DNA of 64,000 nucleotides from the NCBI GenBank assembly GCA_951406725.2, contig OX597820.1, forward strand, positions 111,538,001 through 111,602,000, written 5' to 3'. The stretch is from Octopus vulgaris. Its lineage: Eukaryota. The position numbers and the translations under genes are program-made. The notes beneath the pieces were generated by a model, which saw only the letters and a list, made by a program, of their open reading frames with translations, had not been told where the DNA came from and made no database searches. Positions 1 through 64,000 of this stretch are shown here, piece after piece; the stretch's first letter is position 1, and every line of letters starts with the position of its first letter.

Positions 1-774
1 TATTGCAATAGAAGTGGGGTCCATGTCTCTGTAATTGAAATTTCGCTGACCAAATGAACCCTTCTGATACCAGCCTGCCAAAGACTCCCTGCTTCTATGA
101 CAGTAGCTTTTTATATAAAGGGATCTACATTAAAATTCCATGTTAATTTATGTCCCCAATTATCAGCTCAGTAAGATATTTTAGTAAATTCTTTATTTTC
201 AAAATTAATTGAAATAAAGAGTGTGTAGATAATCAGAAATACAGTAACAAGAGGATTAAATAAACTTTACTTTTGTTTTAACATCTAAGTTTTTGTTTTC
301 TTAAGCAAAATGGTTTGAGAAATTGTTTTTACAGCTGGATGCCCTTCCTATTTGCTAACTACTCAAGCACGGAATGGAACTTAGTTTTTGTCTTGTCATG
401 CAAAATTAAGTAAACAGAGCTTGGAGATTGTCTCAACACAAGATAATGCATGATTAATTCAAAACAATGTGAACAAACAAGTATCAAGTTTGATAGAATT
501 TGAATGCTAAAGGGTTAGACATGTTAAATTTCTAGAAAGTTAAATCTATGATTCTTTTTATTCTTTATAGTCTGGGAATTTGAACAGTTAGTAATCTAGG
601 AATGAATTGGTTCTACCAGGTTGACTTGTCTTTATACATTTCAGGAAAATCAGACCATTGATAAACTAAGAAAGCTTCTAGATGGTTGTTCAAATTGTTG
701 GAAATCTCACTAAATCCCATTCTTCTATCTGAAAAGCAGGAGGACAGAAAGTAGTCTCGTATATAACCATCATT

Positions 775-1155
775 GTCATTGTTTTAATGCCTGTTTTCCC
801 ATGCTTGCATGGGTCAGATGGAAATTCTATGGCTGGATGTTCTTTCTGCTGCCAACCCTCACCTATTTCCAAGTATGGTGGTATTTCCGCTCCAGGGCCA
901 GACATGTTTTCATGGAATATCAGAAACGAAAGATACCACTCGTATGACAGTGACTCATTTGCAACTATCACATGACAACACTAACACACATGTGACAGGT
1001 TTCTTTCATATTCTGTCAACCAAATCCACTCTCAAGGCTTTTAGTTAACCTGAAACTGTAGAAGGAGACACTTGTGCAAAGTGCCAAGCAGTGAGACTGA
1101 ACCTGAAACCATGTGGCTGGGGAAGCAAATTTCTTAACCACACAGCCAAGCGTGC
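775..1155 (-). mobile_element. tRNA-derived SINE copy
   Basis: Reverse complement of the ggctgtgtggttaagaa...ccacatggtttcaggttcagtctcactg...caagtgtct head seen at 11905, 35168, 44547 and 45476. Confidence 0.7.
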
Positions 1156-1641
1156 ACCCTTACTGTTCCTGAAAAATAAAATGGAAACGTTATGGCTGGT
1201 ATGCCTTTGATTGTAAGCCTGCTCGATCACTACTAAGCAACAACAAAGATCTTGATAACTATTCTTTAAGGATCTTGGCCAGTTTTCATAGTCAATGAGA
1301 GATAATTTAAGCCAGGCAGAACAGAGCAAAATTATATCAAAAGGAAACAAGTGGGTGAGGTAGGGGGGGGGTTATTTTGACAACAAAGATATTTTGTTGG
1401 AAAGAATAATCAAAGAACATGCAGTATAATAGGTAAATAAACTGGGTTGCTTACCAGGCAGTCTGGGTTCTAATTCCATCAGGTGCTTATTTTACCAAAT
1501 TTAAATCCAGACCCTATTTTAACCTTAAACTGGTCCACAACCCATCTACCTTCGTTTACTACCCATAGACACCTCTCTACCGTAAAGTTTAATCATCAGT
1601 CACAGTTACACACAACTGCCTTCTTTAAACAGTTTCTTTCA

Positions 1642-63849
<62,208 letters not shown>

Positions 63850-64000
63850 TCAGTCTTTAGCAGCAACATTTCTTCTAGCTCTTTACATTCCGAGCTCAAA
63901 TCCCACCAAGGTTGGTTTTGCATTTCATCCTTTCAGTGTCAATAGAATATATACCAGTTGAACACAATTAAATTGACTAACACTCTCCACTAAAATTACT

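Overview
AT-rich, repeat-dense eukaryotic (metazoan) genomic DNA. The SINE, RTE-tail and Helitron families look like those of octopus/coleoid cephalopods; this is an inference from recalled repeat families. The whole window lies inside one minus-strand gene, the PIKK-family nonsense-mediated-decay kinase SMG1. I reconstructed 36 consecutive GT-AG coding exons (63787 down to 1675) whose phases join into one open frame of about 1,650-1,660 aa. They cover the FRB-like region, the intact kinase domain ([19 protein letters not shown]), the long SMG1-specific insertion and the start of FATC. The 5' half of the gene lies beyond the right edge and the last FATC exon beyond the left edge. Exon numbers below are window-relative. 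Introns hold dead transposons: three mariners, one hAT (SPIN/Charlie/GTF2IRD2-like), four Helitrons (one with a PIF1 helicase fragment), RTE-like LINE remnants, SINEs, TTAA MITEs and microsatellites. I see no clearly novel gene system. The best leads are RNA-level: a candidate stop-codon-generating alternative 3' splice site in SMG1 behind a 195-nt AG-free zone, a Penelope-type hammerhead-ribozyme relic in a fold-back, long intronic hairpins, and inverted repeats around an in-frame exon pair.
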